Shown piece after piece: positions 35,124-48,568 of a stretch of 64,000 bases of DNA. Origin of the DNA: Adineta vaga. Lineage: Eukaryota > Animalia > Rotifera. A program made the position numbers and the translations under genes. The stretch spans positions 13,268,001-13,332,000 of the forward strand of contig CP075496.1 in NCBI GenBank assembly GCA_021613535.1. Reading direction: 5' to 3'. Each line of letters opens with the position of its first letter. Position 1 is the stretch's first letter. The notes under the pieces were generated by a model that was given only the letters and a program-made list of their open reading frames with translations, was not told the DNA's origin and did not search any database.

Positions 35124-38100
35124 ATGTATAGAGATACTGCATTGCAAACACATCATATCTCGTCATCTTCATCTCCGTCCTCTTCATCATTCTTATACAT
35201 GCAGTGCGAACAACTTCTTGCATATTTATCCAATCGAACAACTATTCAATCAACTCCGAACTCTCTTTTGGAATTATTAACAACACAAAATTTAACATTA
35301 CATACAATAAAAACTATTGAAGGATGTGTTACAGAACTCCAACGTGTTTTAAACACTTCAATGGAGACAAATATGTCGAATAGAAAATCTTTATCACAAT
35401 ACGAAATTTCTCAACGACCAAATTCTTTATTAATATTTATTTACCTCATCATACTTGTTTCCTTGATATCCATCGCGGGAAATCTATGTTTAGCCAAAGT
35501 CTTGTATACCAAACGTTTTCGTTTATCACAAACAGATCGAATTGTATTATGTCTAGCTATAAGTAAATCATTTCCTTTTTTGATTGTTTTGTTTTGAAAA
35601 TGATTGATTTAATTTCGTTTCTTTGTAGGTGAACTTTGTCTTGTTTTAATTGATTCACCAACAGAAATCTATCGATTTCTTACATATTCATTTTCATTAA
35701 CATGGCTTTGTCGTTTTCATACATTTTTTGAATCATTCTTTTCAACTTGTATTATCTTCTATCATCTCTTAGGTATGTTAAATGTTCCTTGTCATTTCCA
35801 ATTAAAGAGTTATTTTCCTTAAGAGTCCTATTCTCATATGTCAGAATCTGTTAAGCAAAACTAAACGAATTAATATTTCCAAAAATGAATAGAAGTTTTC
35901 TTTTCGGTTCTACGCAGATTTTGTTTTAAGTGATTATTATCCAGCAAATAGACTTTTTTCCAATGAAGTAGAAAGGAGAAAAATCACACATCATGATATC
36001 TCGCTTACATTTATACATAATTTAATCAATCGAATATCAGGTACTATGGTACGAAGAAAAGTTTTTTAGAAAAACAATTTTTAAACTTTAATTAAGTAGA
36101 TAGCAAGCATAAACTAATGAGTTTACTCTTAAAAAGATGAAGTCATGATGAACGATGAGTGCTTATACGACATATAAATGATTCTTATGAGTAATTATTC
36201 GCTTGTTGAACTTTGAGACAGTAAACAAAAGTTTTTGGTTCATGTCAAAGATAGTATCTTAAGATGCATGAAAGATTTTACTTCTATGGAAGAAGAAGAA
36301 GAAGAAAACAAAACAGATTATTCGATTGATCTGAATAGAAACTGTCTTAGAAACAAGAACATATAATAAAATTCAAATTAGAGAAAGTATTGAAACATAC
36401 TATTTTTAACTTTAGTTAAAATAATTATGAAGAATCAATCTAATTTTCATGACGTTTCCAGCGACATACGATAGATATAGAATAAGGTTTAAAGTAACAA
36501 TCATCAAGTTTCTATATTTCTTTTCTTGTTTTGCGTCTATGATCGAGAAAGTCATGGGTTTGGGTGTCACTACAAACCAATCATTTCCTTAATTTGTCAA
36601 TTCAAATGATAATTACCTTATATACTTGATACTATTTTGAGAAAATAAAAGCCTCCTATTTTATTTTTAGTAATGAAAGACTATCCATTCTGTTTCCCAC
36701 TAATTACAATACCTAATGTAACTAAAATCAAGTTTTTTTTTGATGATATAATTCCAAAGCGTAATCGAGTATAACATTCTAACATTAGAAGTATTCTCTG
36801 TCAAATCGACCGAAAACATCATAAAAGTATAGATTAATGCCTGGAAAAGAATCAGTGGTGATTTGGTTCATGTCATACTTGTAATCAGATGATGTTACAT
36901 GAAAGAAGTGTATTTCTCGAAATCCAGATTGCGTGCATGACTTTTTTATGAATTATTAAATATATTTGTTGATTATTCCTTTTTACACAAAATACTTATG
37001 AAACAATCATTTGTAAACATTACATTTCATCTGACCCTGGACGTGATTTATAGAAAAGCTCGTTGAAAATAATTAGTTTGATAAGTTGCCTATTATTTCA
37101 TAATTATTCATTTCAGTTTTCTTTTCTGACAAAACAAAATTCATAACGGAAAGAAATTTCTTCAGATTCCATATTTTGAATATCTAGAGCAGGAAATATT
37201 CTTATCTGCATTCATCGTTAAATTTGCATCTTTCTTTTTCATCAAAGAAATTTGATCTTCTAAGATTAGTAACGTTGATGAAATTTAATCTAAGAATTTT
37301 AACGATAATTGAACATACACGAAAGACCTTTGTGTATTTCTATTTAACAAGGTCATTTATGGAAATAAAATATTCAATTTTATTCAAGAAGAAATACAAA
37401 GTTGTATAATTTTAGGAACTAATTATAACATTTAGGTGAAAATTTAATAATAATGATAGATAAAATTAAACAGCCTACAAGCAGAAACATGATTTTTGAA
37501 TAATTTACCGCAAGTTATTTTAGAATCTTCGTGTAGTTTTACTTTAACATAAATTCCAATGTATATTAATATAATTCATTCGTTTATAAAAGAATCAATT
37601 AGTTATAACTTAAGGGAGTATTCTTTTGTTTGAATGAATGAACAAGTCATATGAAATTAATGAATACCTTTCTATTAGATTTCTAAACATAGAACTGAAT
37701 CTAAAAAACACTATTTCATATCCAAATTATTTTTATACTATTCAAAAAAAACTCTTCTAATGAATTTATAAATCAAAGGTTCTATTGTATATTTATAAAC
37801 TGTCTAACGAGACATACAATCCATTAACTTGACTAGCTATTGTGTTCGATTTTGACGTGTTTTTGATATTCTATTTTTAACTATGATTACTAGAAGTTAA
37901 AGTACCGAGAGTGTGCATGTCGAACAATTCAATTTAATTTCACTTGACATTTTAAATTTGAAACAATTTTCAAATGTTCTTTGTTTTCTTTTACAAAAAA
38001 ATTAGGAGCATTTGATCGTTTTGTTTACATTCATGGTCATACATATACGAAAGTGTCGACATGGTCAATTTGGTGTCGTCGTATTTCGACAAAAACGGGT

Positions 38101-39330
38101 TCAATTATTCTCTTAATTCTACCTGTATTATTTAGTTTACCAATTGCAATTTGTAATTTACTTCATGCAAATGTAATACATACACCATTTAAAATGAAAA
38201 TTTGTCTTGTTCAATATGCTGATCGATTTTTGATTAGTATTTTATTAACTTTTTACATCTTACCATTATTATTCGCATTTTTTCTTCATGCAAAATTGAT
38301 TTATTTCATTCGATCACGAAATACTCAACATTATATAGCAACAAAATCGAATTATTTATCATCGACTAATCGAAATAATACAACTGATTCTCAATATGTT
38401 AGTCAAAGAAAACAACGTTCTCAAAATTTCACTCATAACAATACTCGAGAACAATTATTATTACCAAATAAAATGTCTCGAAAAGTTGTCATGTTCAATA
38501 CGAATGGAAACACTGCAGGAACAATAATGACTACAACAACAGGTGGTCAAGTCATCGGAACAAATAATTCATCGAATTCTTCAGCATCAAGTCGATCATC
38601 AACAGGAACTGGTTATTCATCTTTAACATCACCAATTATTCTCTATAAAATCAATTTACAAGCAAATGCAAATGCTAAACGAACTGTTCTCTTACTTGTT
38701 CTATTACTTTCATTTTATGTTCTTTGTTGGGCTCCATATAATATTTTTTCATGGCGTTATGCTTATCAAATAGCACATGTTAATCAAACAGAAATATTCG
38801 TCAATCGATCAGTATCAATGGATTCAAGTCTTACAAGTTCATCATCAATCATTGAAGATATTCAGAGAAATTTACGTCGATTTATATTTATTAATTATTC
38901 GTTATATCTTCTATCAATGGTCTCAATGTGTTTTAGTTTTATCTTTTATTTTTCATTGAATAAACAAGCACGTGCAGAATTTTCGAATTTCATTACTTGT
39001 GTCTGTCCACAATGGAATGAAACACATTCTGAAGAACAAAAACGACAGAAAACACAAGAACAACGTAATGGTTTAAGATGTTTATATTACAATGCAAGAT
39101 ACCAGCATCCTTATCCACCGAATAATATAAATTTACCTCCTATATTAAATAATAAACGAGTACGAACAATGAGATTCAATACACATCCTATGATTGTTCC
39201 TCCAATGTCTCCTTTATTCCACGGAGACGATGATAAAGCACGTACAAACTCACTCCGACCAAAGCTTGAAACTAATTCATCAAAACGAGCAATGTTTACC
39301 TATGGTCGTCATGTTCAACGTTGTCCGTAA
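35124..39330 (+). CDS. Rhodopsin-class GPCR, peptide-receptor-like, with a 2.2-kb intron (35773-38005)
   Basis: TM1 SIAGNLCL, WLCRFH, GAFDRF, TM5 FYILPL, TM6 FYVLCWAPY, long S/T-rich ICL3. Confidence 0.88.
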
Positions 39331-39483
39331 TAATTTTGTTTGTTGATTTATTTTCGAGTTTTTTTTTGTAAAAAAAGAAGAGAAAAACAGGAAAGAATAT
39401 ACGAGAAAAAGGAATTCTTAAAAAATAAAATTTTTGTAATTTATAAAGTTTGAAATGTTGTTAATGACATAAAAACGAACGAA

Positions 39484-40787
39484 TTAGTACCAATCAGGAT
39501 GAATAAAGAAATATTCTGGATAGACTTTTTTCGTATAGTTAAAGAATGATGAGCGATTATTTTCCGGACGAACATTTGGTTCCATATCTTCTCGAGGATT
39601 GATTACTCGCCATGTTTGAGATAGATAACGTCGATTAAGCTTATTATCTTCGTCATTATTTGTTGTATTTTGGTTTTCTTCTGTTTCGAGATGTTTATCC
39701 ATGGATGTTACTGATCGTCTTGTATATTTTTCAATCTTTCGATTCGATTTTCCTCCATTCACATCAGGTAATGGAGAAACTATGGATGTTGCTGATGTCT
39801 GAATACCTTTTTCTTGAACGGCTGATGTTGTTGGACGAAAACTAGAATAGAATAGAATAGAATAGAAAATTTCTTCCTTCATATCTACCTTTTAAAACAT
39901 AGAAACAAGCGAATTTACTCAAAAACGACAGATATCCTTTTTCTAAAAAAATATTACATCGATTGAATTATTATTTACTATATCGTTACAATTGACACTA
40001 TCTTTCTGACTTTCAAATATTTATACTTTAGCTTACTAAGTCAATAAAAAGATCTTTTTTTTTCTTCCAATTTATTGACCGAATCAGACATTTTATAATT
40101 ATCCGTATTTTCAATGGTTTCAGTTGAATTTCTACTCGAGAATTGTGAGATTTTCGTCAGAAAAAAATATATATGTGCTTGTAATTACCTTTCTAATGAT
40201 TCAAGAACTTCGCCAAGATCGCGTTTCGATGCTCGACTCTCTCGTCCATGATTACTTTTTGATCGACGTTGTGCTGAATGATTTGGTGATTGAACAACAA
40301 CAGCAGTTGCTTGTCGGTTTGATAATCGAGAAGCAGGAGCAGGTGATTTTCGACGTTGTTCAACATTTGTTCGATCTTCTTTTTTTATACAACTCTTATC
40401 ATTGTCATAAAGTGTATTAAGAAAACTAAAAACGGCTTGACGATCTGAAATTAAAGAAAAGATTTCTTTTTTTTTAATCAAATCATTTCGATCGATTTAC
40501 CATCGAATGAATGATTAGCAAACCATGATTCAACAGATTGTTTTGACCAAACTTTTTGTTTTAATTCATATTTATGTCGATTGGATGTGATCGGAGAGAT
40601 ATTCTGTGATGCATATGGTATAACACCAGGTTTATGTAACGATAGAGGACGACTATGATAAGTATCCAATTGACTACGAGACTAAAGAGATGAAAGAATA
40701 ATAAAGTTTATTTTTGAAACATACTTTCTCATTAGTAAATTTCTACTTGTGTTTCTTTACTTATTAACATCTACTTACTCGATTCAT
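39484..40787 (-). CDS. Hypothetical low-complexity basic protein, multi-exon
   Basis: ATG AAT CGA|GTAAGT start; exons SRSQLDTYHSRPLSLHKPG.., LNTLYDNDK..RRKSPAPASR.., and a last exon ending KVYPEYFFIHPDWY*. Confidence 0.6.
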
Positions 40788-41390
40788 ATTTTCAGAAGTA
40801 ACGTTAATGATGTTAGTCGAAATCAAATAATACAATAATAATAATAACAAAACAAGAATGAGTAAGTGAGAAAGAGGGAGAGAGAGAGAAAGAAATCGCG
40901 TCACTTCTTACACTTTGATTATATTTGATCGTTTTTTATTTCTTGAAATCAGAAAAGAAATTGGCAACAATTCTATGTCAACAACACCAACTAGAGAATG
41001 AGAAAAGAAAATGAGAACGAAACAAGACAAATTCTTATACCGGATGTATCAATGTTTGTATCTTAGCGACTATCTTTCGTTTATTTTCTTGTTCACCAAG
41101 TTAAATTGGTAAACGAGAGAAAAAATTTCAATGTCAAAAAAAGAAGCCTTTATATTTATTGTTGCCGATGTTATTGATGAACTTCAAATCGTTATTTTTA
41201 TCGTACTCATTCGACAAACCTTCGTTTGAGAAAATTGATTTTAATTAATTGATCAATGAATAGAAGAGTGTCTTTTATTCGAAGAGTAATAGAAAGGCAA
41301 AAAAAATAGTTGAGGAAAGAGAAAAAACTGTTTTCCGTAAAGTTTATTTATTTTTTCTTCAGCTTTCTTAAGTGATCACATATAGAAGTT

Positions 41391-41717
41391 TTAAACGTCT
41401 TTTAATTCAGCTGGTAATTCATTTTTTGGATGTTTACTTTCAAAATGTTGTTTATAAGTTTTTGGATCGCCCATTTGACTCTAGAAGAAAAGATATAATA
41501 TGAAAAAGAAAAGATTTGCCTTTTCTATTACTTTACAAACAGGACATTGAAAAGTTAAACCAGCAGCTAAATCAAAATGTATCGATTAAATTTTGATCGT
41601 CATTTGATTATGAAATTGTCACTTACCAGCGGTGCCTTTTTGTGTTGTTGGTTTACCTCCAGCACCACTTTTTTCATTACGTTGGCGTGCTAATTCTTTT
41701 TGATGTCCACGAGCCAT
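41391..41717 (-). CDS. ZNF706: Zinc finger protein 706 (4F5/SERF-like N-terminus plus C2H2 finger)
   Basis: Three exons: MARGHQKELARQRNEKSG..AAGLTFQCPVCKSQMGDPKTYKQHFESKHPKNELPAELKDV*. Confidence 0.93.
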
Positions 41718-41827
41718 TTGAGTTTTTGATTTGTAGAAAAAATCTTCTTTTTTCAAATCTAAAAATCCAATCAAGAAAACAATATCTAATTTATTCTCAT
41801 ATATACAAAAGAAAAAGTGAATTTTTT

Positions 41828-42190
41828 TTATTGATGAACATGTATATGAATCGTAGGTTTAACAATTCGAACAACATTATTATGATGATGATGTGTTCGT
41901 CGACGAAAATTTGCTCGTGAATGTCGATTAATACCAGAATTCGATCGTTGAAGATGATGATGATTTGGAGTGGATGGATTTGACAAAAGTGTATTTACAT
42001 ATTCATAAACTGTATCATTGGTAGTCATTGATTGAATTAATGGAAGACCAAATGTTGATATAGTTGACTGAAGAAAATTACGAAATATACGCCATTTTGA
42101 TGTAGGTTGTTGATCATGTGTCACAATTTGATTACGATTTAGAAATGTGTTCGTTACAGCCCAAATACTGTTGATAACTACTCGTAACAT
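41828..42190 (-). CDS. Orphan 120-aa single-exon ORF with an Arg/His-rich C-terminus
   Basis: ATG in good AAAAATG context, 24 nt after a TTTTACTTGCAG acceptor. Open for 120 codons in AT-rich DNA and ends RRRTHHHHNNVVRIVKPTIHIHVHQ*. No family recognised. Confidence 0.5.
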   Translation of the reverse strand: MLRVVINSIWAVTNTFLNRNQIVTHDQQPTSKWRIFRNFLQSTISTFGLPLIQSMTTNDTVYEYVNTLLSNPSTPNHHHLQRSNSGINRHSRANFRRRTHHHHNNVVRIVKPTIHIHVHQ

Positions 42191-42603
42191 TTTTGTGAAA
42201 TTACACAAAGTATCTGCAAGTAAAATGAATGATTCATAAAAAAATTCGTTGATTCGTATGATGTCTAAAGTTTAAAAGAGATCTGTTCGCAATCATCGAT
42301 CCTAACAAAATGAAAAGAATAAATAAATAAATATTTATTCCCATTGATTCTACTAGAAAGATAGAGGTCACTATTTTCCTGCGTGATTAATCTTGCATCA
42401 GAATGACGTCGATCAGTGGTGTTTTTATCGTTTTATGACAGAAGCATAGATCAAATTTAAGCAAATATTATTTTGATAAGACAATCTAAGTCAATTCTAC
42501 AATCAGCTGAGTATATGTCTAGTGTTTATGATATTAAAAGATCATTGTTCAACAGTTTGATTTCTGATTTATTTTTATATAAAAACAAAGAAGTTTAACA
42601 AAA

Positions 42604-45600
42604 TCACTGCATAAGTTTATCTAACCAATTGATTCGAATCGATGGTAAAGTAGAAAAAATCACCGGTCCTTCACGCGAAAATGTTTTATAATTGATTAAA
42701 TCATCATGCAATATCTAAGAACAATAGAAAAACAAAAATAAGATTATTTCTATCGATTATACTTTCATCAAATCAACCTTATCATTTGTTGAAATCATTC
42801 GAATATTCTTCAGAATTGTTCGTTGTAAATTCAATTGTTCAGATCGTGTTTGATCAAATAGAAATCCATTCAAATGATGAACAGCTATCATATATAAGAA
42901 TGTTTGAATGGATTTCTTAATTGTTCCATTTAATAATATTTGAGTATAATATTGAATCATTTCCAAATCATTTTCATATGGTAGAAAAAATGTTTCTATT
43001 GAAAATAAAACCTTAAATAAAAACAACAATAGATGAGATAAAACTTCATTTGAATGAAATTACCTGTTCAGGTTTAAGTCGAACATATTTCAAAATAGTG
43101 GAATGTTCAATCCAAACATGTTTACGTAATTGAACATCATAGATTTGTTGTAATGGAACAACAAGATAATTTGAAAAGAGTATATCACCAAATGAACATG
43201 CTTCATATTGATCAACAAGTGTTCGATAACTAAAAATATGATTTTTAAAGAAATTCAATGCTGAAATAACTTACAAATCAAAGAATGTCATTAACGATTG
43301 AATATGATTTCTTGTTTGAAGTTTTTGTAATAAATTTTGTTCATTGAAACAATTTAAAAACGCTACCAAATAATCCGCAACATTTTTATCGAGAAATATC
43401 TCCGAACCCAGTAAATAAATTCCAGCAATCATGGCAAAACGTGTTGTTTTATTTAACATTTGACATAAAATTAACGAATGTTTTATTTCCAGAATATAAA
43501 CAAAACGTAAAGTATTCAAAATCACTTCTAATCGTTGATTATTATCAGCTATTGTTAGAGCATTAGTATAAAGTGATGAAAGTAAACCATACGGCCATGT
43601 TATATCAACTAATGAATATGAATAATGAATGTTTAATTTCAAAAAATCATCAGATTGAAATAAATTAGCAAAATGAATATCACAGATACTGAGATCAGTC
43701 GATGAACGATTTATATGAAGAATATTTTTGTAATAAGTATATAAAGTTGGTAAATGTTCAATAGCACGTTCGTAAAGTAATGTACGTTGAGATGATGTGG
43801 TTATCGATTCATTCGATGCTAAATTGAGAGGTTCATTTGTAATTAATGATAAATCAGATAATTCTGTTTCGTTTGATCTTGAAAAAAGGAAGAATGAAAT
43901 AGAAATTGTTATTTCAATGAGAATTACCTTTTCCAATATGATATATCGAAGAAAACGAGTTTTAAAGCTTCTTGAGCAAGATAATGATAGCCTTTGAAAA
44001 GTGATGGTAGTAATGAAAGTAAGATTTCATAATAAGTCGATGGTAGATCATTATTAAATTTCTAAAAGAAAATCAGTTTTTGTTTTCATCTTCATGATTC
44101 GATCAATGATGAATTTACTTCTTGATTGATAATTTGAATAAATTGAAATAAGAAGATATGTTCAAATTGTTCAAACCATGGAACTTTTCGTGTTGGATTC
44201 GATGTTAATTTAGTCAATATTTTCTTCATATAAACAACGATTTCACTATTTTTTGTTAACATTAATTGACTGATGAATTTCTTCTAGAAAGAAAACGAAA
44301 GATTCGAAGAAAAAAAAATGAAGATTTATTTTTACTGAATTAGCTAAAGATTTATCAATATGATAGATGATATGGGTCAGTCGTAAGAGAGCAATTAGAA
44401 AACCAAATGGAGATATATTCATTTGTGTTAATGTTGGAAGATTTTGAGTAGAATTTGTTGGAGATAGTGCTGTTCTGTATGATCAAGAATATTCATGTTC
44501 TATTCTGATGGATGGATTCAAAGGATATTTACTCAAATTTGACAGTATCAATCAGTTTTTTAATGGATGTTAATCGAAGAATTGGTTCAAAGAATTGAGT
44601 ACGAATCTGTTGAACTTTTAATGGAAGATCTAACAGATTGATTGACTAAAAAAATATGAAAATAAATGAAATTATTTCAGAAGTAATTTGAAACAAACCA
44701 ATAATTGTTGACCGATTAAAAATGAAGCTAAACAGGATAAACAAATTGTTCTAAGAGCATCCAGATCAATCTATAAAAAAAGAAAGGTAATTTTCTCAAA
44801 AGAATTGAACGAATATTATATAAATGTACTTCTTCATTCGTTTCAATTAAAGTTTGCTTTCCAATTGTTAGAATAACATCAAAAAGACCATCGATATGTG
44901 ACCAATTGATAACATTTGATGTATCATCCGATAAATTTCTATTAAAAAATTTTGTGAATAAAATGTTCATATTCTGAGTGATAAATTCATTTTACCGGTG
45001 TTTGAAAATAAATTTTGTAATGGAAATGATCAATGCATCAAATAGACTGATAAGTTGAACTAATATTTGACTGATCATCATATTTGGCATTTGTTGAATA
45101 CATGTTCGACAAAATGGAAGAATAATTGTTGGAAGTAATGAACTATTTCCACAAATTAAATGGATAATACAGTCAATCTCTTGTATCGTTTATTACCTAC
45201 CCAAATTCATCGGCCATATGACCTTGTAAAATAAAAATTCGCCATAATGAAAATAATTCAATAAGAATTTGACTATCTTGTGAAGATAACGAACGGCTGA
45301 AATATACATAAATTGGTCGATATTTTTAGTATTAATTTCATTCAAAGACTGTTTTTGACTTACTTAACTAACGATACCAAATGATTTCTTAAACGTGTAT
45401 TAAGTTGATAACGATGAATCAGATTGAATGATAAAGTACTTCCATGATTTGCTAATACTCGACAGAATTTTAATGCTTCTGGTAACAAATGTTCATATAA
45501 CTGATCTTCATCTATGCAAAGAAAACATAGTGAAGAAAATGAGTTTAATCAATGTAAAAGTTTACTATTTGGCATTGAAATTTCTGGAATGAATTCTCGA

Positions 45601-47512
45601 ATAATAAAATCCATTAGTTGTCTTTCTTCGAAGATCTATTCAAACAAAAAAATCTTTGTTCAAGAAATTTTTTCAAATGATACATACTTGATTAGCACAA
45701 GTCATGGAATGTCTGGCCATACGAATGAGAATATGAAATGAATTTCTCACTGGAATTGAACTTGTTAATGATGGTAATAATTTCATTCGATCGAATAAAT
45801 AAACAATACGTTTTAATACATTCATTCGAAATAAACATTTTATTAAATCTTGTTCTAAGATTTCAATATCTGTTAAATCTGATTCAGTTTTTTTTTCACC
45901 TAATTGAATATCCGGTGGTGTTAAACTTGGTTCATAATATCCACATGGCCAATGATTCGTTCGAGAAAGCATTTCCTAGAAAACAAATTGCTTTTTATTC
46001 TTAAAATCAATTCTTGAATCTTTTTTGATTTACTTCATCTTTTCTTGGTGCTATTAAATTTGCTAAACATTCAATAGCAATCATATAGATCACTTCAATT
46101 TGTTCATCCATAGCCCAACGTATAAGAAAAACAATACCAGCTTCAATTAATTTTGGTATTAATGGTAATTGAAGATCAAGATCATAAATACCAGTATGAG
46201 CCTTTATATCATAATTAAACGAAGAGAAAAACAAGAACAAGAACATACTTGACGAATGATATTTGCTAATGTTTGAAGAGCAATAACACGTTGTTGAAGA
46301 ACAGTTGAGCGAGAAAGATGAAATAATTCTTCTAATGTATAACCAGCTGCTTCTGGTTCTTCACCATGATGATGAAGAGCAGCTGTAACGGGAATATCAG
46401 CATTCCGTGACATCAAATTACCTTTAAAATCAAATCGAGCTGAAATTCCTTCCGAATTCTAAAAGTAATAATAAGCTGGTATTTATGAGATTTGAGAATT
46501 ATATCTTACAGATTCATCCGCTGTTCGTTGAGCTGATGGTGTTGGTAAATCTTTCATCCATTCTAATTTATCATGTTCAATTGTATTCATATGAAGCCAA
46601 CGAGAATCATTTTCAATAGGTAAACTTGTGATTTTCTTATGATCATCAGTATCCATTTGTTGTACGTTAGATGTTTCGTGTCGATAAACTATTCCTTCAT
46701 CTTCTTTTTTATTTCTTTTTCGAATAAACGCAATTAATTTTGGATCTATAAGAAATAATTCAATATTATCATTCAGACAATTTTCAGCTATACAAATCTT
46801 ACCAAGTGTTGTTAATAGTTTCTCTTTTTCTTCTAAAATTTCTTTCTCATTCATTGATTTTAATCGTTCACTATTTTCATTATGAATACGTTGAAGTTCT
46901 CGTTCACCAGTTACTTCACCAAGGCCACTACCAGTTAATAAAGTTGAATGTAAAACTTGTTCATTATTCACTATTTTCTTTGTTTCTCCTAATTCTTTAC
47001 AAGTTTTCAATTTTCCATCGCGATACATTTGTTTTGCAAACATCGACGCTTTCTTTACATTTGGTAAAGTGATTTTCTAAAAACGAAATAAAAGTTACCA
47101 ACATCTTCATAATCAAAAATAAGAATTTACTTCTAAATCATCTTCATTTCCACGATATTTTGCTTCGGGAAATGAATTATTAGTAGGTATTGGTAATTGT
47201 ATTGGTGTTGAACTCACATCTCGTTCCTAAAAAACTTCATTGATGTAATGAAAAAGTTCAAAAGACAATTTTTCTTACAATGACCATAGGTTTCATTACT
47301 GTTGTTTGAGTAAGATCAATAGTCGGTGCTTTCCGTTTTTTATCTTCATTTTCATTTGATTGTTGACGTTTTACTTTTGGTTCACGAATAACTTGAGCTG
47401 ATGGTTGAAGATTTGAACGATGAAATAATTCTTGATAATTTAACATTTCATCTTCGTCATCATCATTAACACCGAATTTTGGTTTCGGACGAACTCCTAA
47501 ATCGTTATTCAT
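42604..47512 (-). CDS. RPAP1: RNA polymerase II-associated protein 1
   Basis: RPK..DEDEMLNYQELF, IHNENSERLKSMNEKEILEEKEKL..DPKLIAFIR (RPAP1_N), EHDKLEWMKDLP, ARFDFKG, LHHHGEEPEAAGYTLEELFHLSRS..QQRVIAL (RPAP1_C), QYEACSFGDILF. Confidence 0.93.
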
Positions 47513-47589
47513 ACTGTTTGGAGAGAAAAAAGAAACTAAATGAATAGTATTGCATATATAAATTGACATTCATATCGTAGAGAAATGAA

Positions 47590-47601
47590 ATAAACCAATA
47601 A
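47590..47601 (+). promoter_or_regulatory. CCAAT-box-like 12-mer in the RPAP1/TXNDC17 bidirectional promoter
   Basis: ATAAACCAATAA, identical to the copies at 1769 and 25314. Confidence 0.45.
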
Positions 47602-48004
47602 GAATTAGATAATATTCACATTGATTGTTCTGCACTTATAAAACTATAAGACTTGATATATATATATTATCATGAAAAAAATCATTGTTGCTAAAAAAAA
47701 GGGATTATTAGTTACAAAGCGATATATAGATATCTCTAGATCAAAGTATATGTTTGTGCTTTGTTTTTGGAATTAGCTTTTATCTTTTGCTGAAAAATGC
47801 TACAATCACTTGTATACACGGGTAAAGGAAGTAAAACTTCAATAGCTTTAGAACGTAATTCAATAACGAGACAGAAAAATAGGTTTTACTTGCTCACATC
47901 AATCATATGAAATTAATTTGTTCCAAAAGTACGAATTCTCTATTATTGTAATCCTGTTTGATCATATAATATACAAGAGATGTATTCGATTGTCAAAGTT
48001 TTAG

Positions 48005-48568
48005 ATGGAATCACATGAGAAAAAGTTTTATGTTAACAGTTATGATGAATTGAAAAGTCTAGTGAAAACAATCGAAAAGAATAAACGTATTTTCGTACTA
48101 TTTTTCGGTGCGAAAAATAGTCAAGGACGTAGTTGGTACATGAAAGTCATAATATATTCTTTCACTTGAATTTATTCTTGTTTTCTTTCCCATCTAGGTG
48201 TTCAGATTGTAATATTGTAGAAAAACCAGTAGCAGAAATGATTCCATCATTATTACCATCGAATGGAATCTTTATTGAATGTTCAGTAGGCGATCGAGCA
48301 AGGTAAAAACAAATCAATTATAAAACTATCACAAATACTAATGAAATTGTATCCATTTTTTCTAGTTGGAAAGATTCGAATTGTTCGTTTCGAAAAGATG
48401 CACAACTTCGATTAACAACTATTCCAACATTAGTCGAATGGGGAACAGTAAGATATTGATTCATAAGATAAATTAATAATTTGTTTGATATTTTTTTAGA
48501 GTAAACGTTTAACTGAGAATCAATTGCTTGATTCTGATATGATTAAGATTCTTTTTGAAGAAGATTAA
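48005..48568 (+). CDS. TXNDC17: Thioredoxin domain-containing protein 17 (TRP14)-like
   Basis: Four exons: IFVLFFGAKNSQGRSW|CSDC..FIECSVGDRAS|WKDSNCSFRKDAQLRLTTIPTLVEWGT|SKRLTENQL..LFEED*. Confidence 0.88.
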
